Shown piece by piece: positions 19,270-28,201 of a stretch of 42,965 nucleotides of DNA. How positions within the stretch are numbered: position 1 is the first letter of the stretch; every line of letters begins with the position of its first letter. The translations under genes were made by a program, and so were the position numbers. This stretch comes from a bacterium (GTDB lineage Bacteria; Bdellovibrionota_C; UBA2361; SZUA-149; JAGRAN01), in contig JAUIIP010000003.1 in assembly GCA_030431555.1 (NCBI GenBank), positions 1 to 42,965 of the forward strand. Reading direction: 5' to 3'. Below the pieces are notes generated by a model that did no database searches, was not told the origin of the DNA, and was given only the letters and a program-made list of their open reading frames with translations.

Positions 19270-21434
19270 TGGCAACTCTGCGTAAAAATGACGGTTCAGT
19301 CATGCTCTCCGAAGAGCGGGCAACCCGCAGGCTTGCGCGCACTCTCATTGTATTTTTTGTCCTGCTCGCACTGCCGGTCAGTGCACTGCTGATAAGAACT
19401 TATCGTCAGCTCTCGCAGGAGGCCTTGCTTCAATACAAGACTGCTGCAGAGGATTTAGTTGCGCGAGTCGATGAGTCCATCCACAGCCTGCTGACTGCTG
19501 AAGAACTGCGCCCGTTTGGCGACTACAACTTTTTTAGTGTCGCGGACAACCCGCTTTTCCAGCAAAAAGCCGTGAACTACTCGCCGTTATCTGCGCTGCC
19601 CGACGAAAGTCCGATACCCGGACTGGTCGGTTACTTTCAAGTTGACCCTACCGGCAGCTTTTCTTCGCCGATTCTGCCTGCCGGAACCGACTCCTGGTCA
19701 GACCCGCGACTTGCAGACCGGGCCGAGCTCACTAAACGACAAGCTCTGCATGCCAGACTTGAGTCCGTCTTGACTGACAACTACCTGCTGGCATCGAGCG
19801 AGCGGCGTCCACCATCAGCGAAAGACTCAGATGAGCATGTCGCTGCCGAAGAGGAAGAGGCTGGTGCGTCTGTTCCGATGGCTGAAGAACTTGATCGAAT
19901 GGACGACGCCTTCGGTCAAGCTGTCGGCGCGGCAGAGAATAGACAGACTCAGGCTGATAAGACACAGCTGGCGTCGAAATACTTAGCGGACGAGCTTTTC
20001 GAAGCAAAGAAGGAGGCGCCGGCCGACAACGAGCCGACCGGCTATAAGTCCAAATCCGCGTACCTCGGAAAACAGTCCAGGCGTGAGCGCAGGACCGAAG
20101 TGGTTAACATTCCCGCCACTCAGAGCTGGGAGCAAAATACTCAACGCGCTGAGCAGGCTCTTGAGCAGCGGGCCGACAGCTCCAACGCAGTCCGCCCGAG
20201 CCCGCAAATTCAGGACAACGAGGCTGCGCTAAAACTACAAGAAAGCACACCGATTTTAACCTTCGAGAGTGTGATCGATCCAATTCAAGCTCACCTGCTT
20301 GGTGATGACTACATCATCTTCTTTCGCACTGCATATCGTGATAACCAGCGCTACCTTCAGGGTTTCGTCGTAAAGAAGAATACGTTTTTAAAACGCACCA
20401 TCGACGACGCCTTCTACTCAAGCAGCCTTTCAAGCGTAGCCCAGCTTCGCGTAAAAATGTTCGGCTACTCAACGCGTCTGCTGCAGCCGAAACAAGTTTC
20501 TAGATCGCTCTGGTCCGATGAAGCAGCATCGCCGGACAGCCCAAGCGACCTGATTCTAAAGGGCGTTTTGGCACCTCCGCTCGACCAAACCCAACTGCTG
20601 TTCACCGCAGCCGTTCCGCTAACCAGCGCCGGGGCAAGTTTGGTTCATGCACTGACTTTCCTGCTGATCGCGTCGCTGCTTGGAGGTTTCTACGCCTTGT
20701 ATCGCTTGGGCAAGGCACAGATTTCCCTCGCAGCGCAGCAGACGAACTTCGTGTCAGCTATCAGTCACGAGCTTAAAACTCCGCTGACCTCGATTCGGAT
20801 GTACGGTGAAATGCTCCGCTCCGGCTGGGTTGGAGACGAAGAGAAGCGCAAGAGCTACTACGACTTTATTTTTTTCGAAAGCGAACGCTTGTCGCGCTTA
20901 ATTGCTAATGTGCTGACGCTGGCCAGAATCGGCAACAATTCTTTCGAAGAGCCCGAACGCTGCGTCATGAAGTCAAGCGCACTGCTGGACCTTGCGCGCT
21001 CCCGGGTGGACTCGCAAGTCAGCCAGGCCGGCTTTGAGCTAAAAATGTCCTGCAGCGAAGACGACGGCGACGTTGAGGCAGAGGTAGACGAGGACCTTTT
21101 TGTTCAAATCATCGTTAACCTAGTGGACAATGCGCTTAAGTTTTCAGCAAAAGCCGAAGTCAGGGAAATCGAGATCGGCTGCCGCCGCGAAGCACATCGT
21201 CCCGAGTTGGTTTGCTTCTACGTCAGGGACTTCGGCCCAGGTGTACCAAAAACGGAAATGAAGAAAATTTTCTCACTGTTTTACAGGCCTGGAAGCGAAC
21301 TGACTCGCACGACAAAAGGCACGGGTATCGGTTTGGCGCTGGTCAAAGAACTTACAGCAAGGATGAAAGGCAGAGTCGATCTGGAGAACCGCAGCCCGGG
21401 CGCAGAGTTTCAGGTTTACCTGCCGAGAGCTTAG
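19269..21434 (+). CDS. Sensor histidine kinase with a large extracytoplasmic domain
   Basis: Two TM segments, H box SHELKTPL, N box NLVDNALKF, DFGPG and GTGIGL. TAATG coupling to the regulator. Confidence 0.95.
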   Translation: MATLRKNDGSVMLSEERATRRLARTLIVFFVLLALPVSALLIRTYRQLSQEALLQYKTAAEDLVARVDESIHSLLTAEELRPFGDYNFFSVADNPLFQQKAVNYSPLSALPDESPIPGLVGYFQVDPTGSFSSPILPAGTDSWSDPRLADRAELTKRQALHARLESVLTDNYLLASSERRPPSAKDSDEHVAAEEEEAGASVPMAEELDRMDDAFGQAVGAAENRQTQADKTQLASKYLADELFEAKKEAPADNEPTGYKSKSAYLGKQSRRERRTEVVNIPATQSWEQNTQRAEQALEQRADSSNAVRPSPQIQDNEAALKLQESTPILTFESVIDPIQAHLLGDDYIIFFRTAYRDNQRYLQGFVVKKNTFLKRTIDDAFYSSSLSSVAQLRVKMFGYSTRLLQPKQVSRSLWSDEAASPDSPSDLILKGVLAPPLDQTQLLFTAAVPLTSAGASLVHALTFLLIASLLGGFYALYRLGKAQISLAAQQTNFVSAISHELKTPLTSIRMYGEMLRSGWVGDEEKRKSYYDFIFFESERLSRLIANVLTLARIGNNSFEEPERCVMKSSALLDLARSRVDSQVSQAGFELKMSCSEDDGDVEAEVDEDLFVQIIVNLVDNALKFSAKAEVREIEIGCRREAHRPELVCFYVRDFGPGVPKTEMKKIFSLFYRPGSELTRTTKGTGIGLALVKELTARMKGRVDLENRSPGAEFQVYLPRA

Positions 21435-23233
21435 TCCTGCCAGACTTCGCGAATATTGAGCTGCACCGAAGACATTCCTCGGTAATTGTTAATCTCAGCT
21501 TGAAAGGCAATCGAAATTCGCTGCCCTTTAGCCAGCAGCGGATGCCCGCGAAACCTCCAGGCAACAGCCGGGATAAACAGAGAACCGTCGGTCAGGCGCA
21601 GGCGCAAATGACCGTTTCCCAGACTCTGTACCGAATCCACCCGGACATCTCGCGCAACCAGCAAAGGCGCAGGATTGCCTATACCGAACGGCTGCAAAGT
21701 TCCCAGCTCAGCCGCTACTTCGAAATTAATATCACAAACCGCTACTTCTGCGTCTGCAGTCCTTGAGCGCACATAGTCCTGCGGCTGAAGTGTCTCAGCG
21801 GCACATTGGGCGAAACGGCGCTGAAACTCCTCTAAGTTTGCACGCTCGAGGCTAAACCCTCCGGCCTGTGCGTGGCCGCCATGCTTGATCAGGATATCGT
21901 CGAGCTGCTGCAGCGCCTGCGCAACGTGAAAGCCGCGAATGCTTCGCACAGAACCTTTAACGATCCCTGCTCCGTCCTCACCCGGGCCCATAACAGCTGC
22001 CGGCTTGTGATATTGCTCGACCAAACGCTGTGCAACAATGCCGATTACACCGCTGTGGTAATCATCGCCGTACATTGCAAACGCCGGGCCCTCGTACAGA
22101 CGGCTTTCTTCGATCTCATCGAGACAGCTTTGCCTCACAGCCTCTTCGATCGTCTTGCGTTCGGAATTCAGACGATTGAGTTTCGACGCGATTGCCTTGG
22201 CCTTCCCGGAACTCCCGGTGGTCAACAGTTCGAAGACTTGACCCGGATCATCGAGTCTACCTGCTGCGTTAATACGCGGGCCAAGACCGAAAGAAACATG
22301 ACTGCAGCCAAACCGCTTCTTGTTCTCAACTCCGGCTGTATGTTTGAGCGCTGCCAGCCCCGGTCGCTTGGTTTCTCGCAGAGCTTCTATGCCCCTGGAA
22401 GCTATTAGACGATTCAGACCGACCAGCGGCACCATATCGCAGATAGTGCCCAGAGCGGCCAGGTCGAGGAAATCTTTTGGGTTTGGAATATTCGCTGCTT
22501 CGAACTCAGGGCGCGCCTCAGCTTGCCCACGAAGCACTATCAGCAGCATCCATACTAAGCCCGCAGCGCAAAGCTCATACTCGGCAAATGGACAACCCGC
22601 CTGCGCCGGGTCTACGACTACGTCTGCCGGCGGCAATTCGTGAACTTGGTGGTGGTCGATAACAATTACTTCCATGCCCGCGCGTTTAGCGGCCGCGATT
22701 TCTTTTGCGTTCGACACGCCGCAGTCAACAGTAACCAGCTGCTCGGTGGCTGCTTTGCTTAAGGTCTCGATGGCCTCAAGCGACAGTCCATAGCCTTCGG
22801 TGAAGCGGTTCGGCGTGTAGTGATTTACTTTCGCTCCAAGCGCTCTTAGAAATAAGTACAGCTGAGAGCCAGAACTCAATCCGTCTACATCAAAGTCGGT
22901 GTAAACAGTAATTTGTCGCCCGGCACTGGCCGCGTCGAGAATTCGCTTAGCCGCCTCCTCGGCTCCCAGGATTCCCTTGGGATCGGGAAGGTGTTCTCTC
23001 AGCGAGGGGTAAAGAAATGACTTCGCCAGCTCGGGAGTATCGACCCCCCTTCCGGCGAGAACTCGCGCAGTAACTAAGCTAAGCCCCAGCTCCTGAGCGA
23101 TTGTCTGCGCAGCGTCTTTCGCAGCGCTTGGGGCGCGCATTCTAATAGCCGCGGGCCGAGGAAGGTGCCGTGGAAGCTCTACTGAGTTCGTGGTGAGGTT
23201 ATCAACTGTAGACACAAGGCCGACCAAGGGCAT
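21431..23233 (-). CDS. recJ: Single-stranded-DNA-specific exonuclease RecJ
   Basis: DFDVDG, PNRF.EGYG, TVDCG, DHH, PRINAAGR and GGH..AGG motifs. The real start may lie downstream (e.g. 23140). Confidence 0.95.
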   Translation of the reverse strand: MPLVGLVSTVDNLTTNSVELPRHLPRPAAIRMRAPSAAKDAAQTIAQELGLSLVTARVLAGRGVDTPELAKSFLYPSLREHLPDPKGILGAEEAAKRILDAASAGRQITVYTDFDVDGLSSGSQLYLFLRALGAKVNHYTPNRFTEGYGLSLEAIETLSKAATEQLVTVDCGVSNAKEIAAAKRAGMEVIVIDHHQVHELPPADVVVDPAQAGCPFAEYELCAAGLVWMLLIVLRGQAEARPEFEAANIPNPKDFLDLAALGTICDMVPLVGLNRLIASRGIEALRETKRPGLAALKHTAGVENKKRFGCSHVSFGLGPRINAAGRLDDPGQVFELLTTGSSGKAKAIASKLNRLNSERKTIEEAVRQSCLDEIEESRLYEGPAFAMYGDDYHSGVIGIVAQRLVEQYHKPAAVMGPGEDGAGIVKGSVRSIRGFHVAQALQQLDDILIKHGGHAQAGGFSLERANLEEFQRRFAQCAAETLQPQDYVRSRTADAEVAVCDINFEVAAELGTLQPFGIGNPAPLLVARDVRVDSVQSLGNGHLRLRLTDGSLFIPAVAWRFRGHPLLAKGQRISIAFQAEINNYRGMSSVQLNIREVWQD

Positions 23234-23273
23234 TAGCAGTTCGTCAGCATTCAGCTAATCACGGATCGCAGAT

Positions 23274-23306
23274 AAAAAAAAGGCGGCAGAGTAAGTTCTG
23301 CCGCCT
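23274..23306 (-). terminator. Intrinsic terminator downstream of the 113-aa gene
   Basis: Minus strand AGGCGGCAGA-ACTTAC-TCTGCCGCCT followed by T7. Confidence 0.88.
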
Positions 23307-23383
23307 GCGTGCTAGCGCACTTGCGTTAATAATGCCAGACCATTGTCAGCCCGGGCCTGGATGATGCCCCCTTCCCCGATGCG

Positions 23384-23725
23384 TTAGTTTGCCAACTGTT
23401 TCTTATCGATATCCAAAAAACTTTGTAACTCTTCGATGACTGTTGAGCTTCTGCTTTCAAGAGAATGCAGATCTCCGTGTACTGGCTTCTCGCCTACCAG
23501 CATTATCTCTCCGCACTCTTCCAATAAATCACTTACGTCGTCTTCCAGAACTGCTAAGCAGACCCTTTCGCCGACATCTTCCAAGTGAATCAAGGCGTCG
23601 CGAATATTGTCGAGACACAGCGATAAGTCGTAGTAAATCGCGCGTAGCTCGTTTTGCTCAGGGCTTGCCAACGGCTTTTTGCCCGAGCCGCGCGACACTT
23701 TTATTTCACTTAACCTACATGCCAT
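23384..23725 (-). CDS. Hypothetical acidic helical protein (113 aa)
   Basis: Fills the gap between recJ and the ATPase gene, with its own promoter-like motif and terminator. No family recognised. Confidence 0.65.
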   Translation of the reverse strand: MACRLSEIKVSRGSGKKPLASPEQNELRAIYYDLSLCLDNIRDALIHLEDVGERVCLAVLEDDVSDLLEECGEIMLVGEKPVHGDLHSLESRSSTVIEELQSFLDIDKKQLAN

Positions 23726-23771
23726 AGATCAATAACCAAGAAGTCTCTCCGGCTTACTTGTCTCAAATAGT

Positions 23772-23799
23772 TGGTCGACTCAGCCCAGGCTAAACTTGA
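23772..23799 (-). promoter_or_regulatory. Sigma28/FliA-like promoter
   Basis: Minus strand TCAAG-N15-GTCGACCA. Confidence 0.45.
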
Positions 23800-23865
23800 C
23801 AATATGGGTCAGAAACTGTTCGCAGGAGCTTGGCCTTCACGCTAAATAGTCGTGAATACAAGTCT

Positions 23866-25440
23866 TTAGGCAGCCTTGTCGGCAGTGGATGCAAGACCAA
23901 GCGCGAACAGCGCGTTGGCGGGACTTACTGTGCCCTCGAGAACATGCATGCGGATTCTTTGAGGCAGTGACTGCAGTTGAACTTTTGCGAGCAGCAGTTC
24001 GAGCTGTGACTGCTTGTGCTTTGGGCTTTGCCGCGAAAACGCAAGATCGCGAAACTCCCCATGGAGCGGAATTAACTCGTAGGCGCCGACTCGGCCGAGC
24101 AGCCCTGCACCTTCGCAAACTTCACACCCGCTGCCCACTCTAAGTTTCAGCTCCGGTGGTATTCGCAGTGCTCGGGAAATGTAGGGATCGGCACTCAGCG
24201 GTATTGCGCATGAAGTACAGTTCTTTGGAAGCAGGCGCTGGGCAGCGATCAATTGAACCGAAGAGCCGATTAATTCTTCACCGACCTTGAGCTGCCGCAA
24301 GCGTTCAACGACCTCAATCGAAGTTGCTGCATGAACCGTACTAAGCACAAGATGGCCCGTTAGCCCTGCACTTAAGGCCGTCTCAGCAGTCGCCAAATCG
24401 CGAATCTCACCAACCATGATGATGTCCGGGTCCTGGCGCAGCACTAAGGGCAAGACGTCGGCGAAGGTCTGTCCCGCATCGCGATTTACCGGTATCTGAG
24501 AGACACCGCGGAGTTGTCGCTCTACCGGATCTTCAATCGTAACTATGTGCTGCCCCTGTCCCGCCAAAACACTAATCAGCAGATGCAGCAGAGTAGATTT
24601 ACCCGAACCGGTCGGACCGCCGACGATTACTGCCCCGCTGCGCCTGGCCAAAGCGGCTCGCAGGAGTTGAATTTGGCGAACCGTCATGCCGAACTGTATA
24701 AGCAGTCTTTGCGCCGCACTCCAGCTGCGGCAATCATCCAATGCGTAGGCGTCGTTGCCGAGAACTCGCAGCGCGATTTTTTCTCCTCTAACGCAACCGA
24801 CCATCGACAGCCTGAAATGAGTGAGCTTGCGGCCGACGTATGCGGAGAAACTGCCCTCGCGCGGCTCGCCGCCGCGGTCTTGAGCAAGATTGGCGAGCAC
24901 GCGAATCCTGCGCGCAATTCTCAGCGGAACACCGGGATCTGCATTGAGCATGATGCTGCCGCGCAGTGCTCCATCAACTCTGTAGCGCAGCGCACAGCCT
25001 TGCTCCGTTGGTTCAATATGCAGATCGCTCGCGCCGAGCACTACCGCGCGCTTCAGGAGCTCATCTACCAGCCTGTCAGCCTCGCCGCTTAAGGCATTGA
25101 GGTCGGGGTGCAGCTCGTCTCCAATATAGGCGGCATGAATCGCTCGCTCGATTGAGGAAGCATGGGAACACTCCCGAATCAGTTCGCAGCCGCAAGCGAA
25201 GCGCAGACTGCGCTCATCCTCAACGCTAAGTTCACTCCCGCTTAAAGCAGTAAGCATTGTTCGCCCTGCGCCGGACTCAATCACAGTCATCGGTAGGATC
25301 TGGTACTTGACGGCAAGTTCGTAGGAGACCTTCCGCCGAGCGGCACGCGCAGAGCAGCGAGCGAGTTCACGCCAACGCTGAGCCCTATCAACCTCAGCAA
25401 CCGCGGGAAGATACGACTTCCTGTAACTTAAACTTTGCAT
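23866..25440 (-). CDS. GspE/PulE/PilB family secretion or pilus assembly ATPase
   Basis: ASDLHIEP, Walker A GPTGSGKST, TIEDPVE, RQDPDIIMVGEIRD, GHLVLSTVH and a tetracysteine motif CTSC...CEVC. Confidence 0.93.
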   Translation of the reverse strand: MQSLSYRKSYLPAVAEVDRAQRWRELARCSARAARRKVSYELAVKYQILPMTVIESGAGRTMLTALSGSELSVEDERSLRFACGCELIRECSHASSIERAIHAAYIGDELHPDLNALSGEADRLVDELLKRAVVLGASDLHIEPTEQGCALRYRVDGALRGSIMLNADPGVPLRIARRIRVLANLAQDRGGEPREGSFSAYVGRKLTHFRLSMVGCVRGEKIALRVLGNDAYALDDCRSWSAAQRLLIQFGMTVRQIQLLRAALARRSGAVIVGGPTGSGKSTLLHLLISVLAGQGQHIVTIEDPVERQLRGVSQIPVNRDAGQTFADVLPLVLRQDPDIIMVGEIRDLATAETALSAGLTGHLVLSTVHAATSIEVVERLRQLKVGEELIGSSVQLIAAQRLLPKNCTSCAIPLSADPYISRALRIPPELKLRVGSGCEVCEGAGLLGRVGAYELIPLHGEFRDLAFSRQSPKHKQSQLELLLAKVQLQSLPQRIRMHVLEGTVSPANALFALGLASTADKAA

Positions 25441-25592
25441 GCTCGATTATTTCCCTCTCATGTCCAGCGTTTGGTCGGCCGACTTGGGAATCGGGTTTCT
25501 ATATGTTTATTGTTGGAAATTCCGCTGGAACAAGCCTTCCACCTCTGCTAACTTGAGCCGCTGAAAGAACAGCCAGTGCAAGGGAATGAACG

Positions 25593-26021
25593 ATGCTTAG
25601 GTTGATTGTAATCGCTGCTTACATCTCAGTCGGTCTCAATCCGCTCAATATGGGAGCGCTGACCACTCAGCAGCCTGTTCTAGACATTGAGTTTTCGCAG
25701 CAGAGCACTCTCGAAATTGGCGCACCGGTCGTTCTGTCCGGAAAAGCAATCGGCAAAGTCGTTTCAGTTAATTTGCAAAGCACTTCTTCGAAGAAAGGTT
25801 TTTCGGCAACAGTCGCAATCGAATCCGTTCACCGAGGCCTGGTGCGCGAGGGAACATTCGCACTTATTACGTCTCCTCTTCCTGCTTACGATAAACCTCG
25901 AGAAAACGTCGTCGAATTATTTGTACCGAAGCAAGAGTCTGCCCCGGCACTCAAAGACGGCAAAAAGCTCAAAGGCTTCGCATCATTCAAAGAGTTCTGG
26001 ACAGCCCCAAGCGCCAGCTAA
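25593..26021 (+). CDS. Divergent MCE/MlaD-like domain protein
   Basis: N-terminal hydrophobic segment and LEIGAPVVLSGKAIGKV, which matches the MCE L..G..V...G..IG.V pattern. Confidence 0.65.
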   Translation: MLRLIVIAAYISVGLNPLNMGALTTQQPVLDIEFSQQSTLEIGAPVVLSGKAIGKVVSVNLQSTSSKKGFSATVAIESVHRGLVREGTFALITSPLPAYDKPRENVVELFVPKQESAPALKDGKKLKGFASFKEFWTAPSAS

Positions 26022-26139
26022 CTCCAATTTAGCTTCCAGCACCTGCGGGCTACACTTGGCCCGAGATCAATCATAACAACCTTGTAAGCGTGCTCTGAGG
26101 GGTTCGCATGGCATAAGGCTCTGGTATTTAAGGCTATTT

Positions 26140-26466
26140 ATGGCAGATCTCGATTCAAACAAGCGTCAGCAGCTTGGACTCACCCGATGCAGCGATGAGT
26201 CGGAGCTGGAAATCGGCAAAAGCTACCCTCTTTTGGGGATAATAACTGAAGTGTTCACTCGCTCGGGCGGAAAAACATTCATCAAGATTAACGACAATAT
26301 CACCGCAAGAATATTCCCAAAATCAGCTGACGACGACTTGGAGACTTTGCGTGAACATGCGTTCGAGACTGCGATTTTTAATTGTCGAGTCTTAAGCAAA
26401 ACCCCAACAATTCTGGTAGAATGTGATTCTATCATCTTCGGCGATCATCCTGCGTATCACGCTTAG
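26140..26466 (+). CDS. Hypothetical protein (108 aa, beta-rich)
   Basis: ATG ORF co-oriented with its neighbours and filling the gap. No family recognised. Confidence 0.6.
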   Translation: MADLDSNKRQQLGLTRCSDESELEIGKSYPLLGIITEVFTRSGGKTFIKINDNITARIFPKSADDDLETLREHAFETAIFNCRVLSKTPTILVECDSIIFGDHPAYHA

Positions 26467-26478
26467 GCATTGCGTGGC

Positions 26479-26507
26479 CTAAGATTAATCGTGGACTTAG
26501 CCGATGA
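26479..26507 (+). promoter_or_regulatory. Sigma28/FliA-like promoter upstream of lepB
   Basis: CTAAG-N16-GCCGATGA. Confidence 0.4.
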
Positions 26508-26606
26508 ACTCTCTAGAGACGTGAATTTTACGGCGTCTGGAGCGTTCCAACCTGAGTGCGAATAGCTTACAGTAGTGTAGAGGCTCAGCTATTTTCGGGA
26601 ATTTTC

Positions 26607-27296
26607 ATGAAGGGATCTAACGGCATGACAGCTGGCGCTCAGCGCACAGGCGACAAAGAACGGGACCGCAGGAACGACTGGCATAGAAACGCTGCTCCAC
26701 CGTCCCAATGGGGTGAATTTTTTAGTTTGGCCCGCAGTATCGCGATCTTCCTAGGTATCGCGTTTATGCTTCGCGCAAGCGTTGTAGAGGCGTTCAAGAT
26801 TCCATCTTCTTCGATGGAGCCCACGCTGCAGATTGGCGACCATATTCTCGTAAACAAACTAAGTTACGGCTTTAGACTTCCGTTAGTAAAGGAATCGCTA
26901 AAAATCTTTAGGGAACCGCATCGCGGCGACGTTGTTGTATTTACTTTGCCCGATGACTCCTCCACTCCCGAGATCGACGAATCAGACACAAACATCATCA
27001 AGCGCGTAATGGGTCTGCCCGGCGATGTATTAGAACTGCGGGGGATGAATTTATACATCAACGGCAAGTTGTTTCAGGATTCCCATGCTATTTGGCTCGA
27101 GAGCGGCAGGCGAGACTTCGGTCCCGTCGTGGTCCCTCCAGGGAAAGTCCTGCTGTTGGGAGACAATCGCGACTACTCGAAAGACTCGCGCTATTGGAAC
27201 GATCCATTTCTCGACATTCACCGCATTAAGGGCAAAGCGTTCTTCATCTATTGGTCTTGGCACTCGTTTAGACGCATTTTTAACGTTATCGACTAA
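26607..27296 (+). CDS. lepB: Signal peptidase I
   Basis: IPSSSMEPTL..GD, RGDVVVF, IKRV.GLPGD and GDNR..SKDSR motifs. Start uncertain (26556/26607/26625). Confidence 0.93.
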   Translation: MKGSNGMTAGAQRTGDKERDRRNDWHRNAAPPSQWGEFFSLARSIAIFLGIAFMLRASVVEAFKIPSSSMEPTLQIGDHILVNKLSYGFRLPLVKESLKIFREPHRGDVVVFTLPDDSSTPEIDESDTNIIKRVMGLPGDVLELRGMNLYINGKLFQDSHAIWLESGRRDFGPVVVPPGKVLLLGDNRDYSKDSRYWNDPFLDIHRIKGKAFFIYWSWHSFRRIFNVID

Positions 27297-27310
27297 GCTC
27301 TCAGACCCCA

Positions 27311-28201
27311 ATGACCTCTCAATTTGATTTGTACAAGGCAATCAACGCCGAGTCCGGTGTCGGCTATTACGTTTACCCTGAAGCTGTGGTCATCCGTGTA
27401 AGTGGGCCTGACGCCGCTCGTTACCTGCAAGGCCGTATAACTCAGGACATTAAAAACCTGCAGGACGGTGCGTGCGCCGAAAGCCTGCTGCTCTCACCTC
27501 AAGGCAAGATTCAAGGCATCTTCACTGTTATAAAAAGCGCAGACTGTTTCTTTCTGGCAGCTCGGCGGGCCTACCCAGGTGCGGAAGAGCTCATTAAATC
27601 ATTGCTGCAGTTTAAAGTGGCCGATCAGCTCGAGGCGGAGGTCGTCCCGTGGTCACTTCTGGCGCTAGTCGGGCCCGGGCGGCCGGAAACTGCGAACCGC
27701 CTCGCCGCAGAGTCGGAGTACCTCTGCGCCGCCTCAGAGATACTTTGCGAAACGAGCCGTCTCGAGCAGCTTAAAGCGAAGCTCGAAGCCGACTCTGTTA
27801 AGCAATGCAGCCCGGAAGTATTCGAGATGTTTCGGATTGATGCCGGGATGCCTCTCGCGGGGATAGATATTAGCGAAAAAAATGCCGCACCGGATTTGGA
27901 ACTGGCCCCTCTCGTTAGCTTCAAGAAAGGCTGTTATACCGGCCAGGAAGTCGTTGAGATGTCGATAGCTAGAGGCAAACCAAACAAGCAGCTGGTCAAT
28001 CTCAGAGGTTCTGCCTCTGAGATTCCGCAGACTCCTGCGCAGCTTACGGTGCCGACGGACGGCTCCCGCGCCGGAAGTCTGACCAGCGCAGCACTCTATC
28101 CGAACGAGCCGACTCTGCGCGGCCTTGGATTTGTTAAAAGCTCGGCTCTTTCCTCACCTGAGCTAAGCGCCGGAGCGCTTAGCTTGAGCATTTCGCAGTG
28201 A
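27311..28201 (+). CDS. ygfZ: YgfZ/GcvT-like folate-binding protein
   Basis: G.DA..YLQG..T and the signature KGCYTGQE. Confidence 0.88.
   Translation: MTSQFDLYKAINAESGVGYYVYPEAVVIRVSGPDAARYLQGRITQDIKNLQDGACAESLLLSPQGKIQGIFTVIKSADCFFLAARRAYPGAEELIKSLLQFKVADQLEAEVVPWSLLALVGPGRPETANRLAAESEYLCAASEILCETSRLEQLKAKLEADSVKQCSPEVFEMFRIDAGMPLAGIDISEKNAAPDLELAPLVSFKKGCYTGQEVVEMSIARGKPNKQLVNLRGSASEIPQTPAQLTVPTDGSRAGSLTSAALYPNEPTLRGLGFVKSSALSSPELSAGALSLSISQ

Noticed and set aside
16851-21434. Similarity to the proteobacterial dedicated sortase system (VWA target plus two-component pair)
   Set aside because: No sortase gene, and the VWA protein lacks an LPXTG-TM tail.
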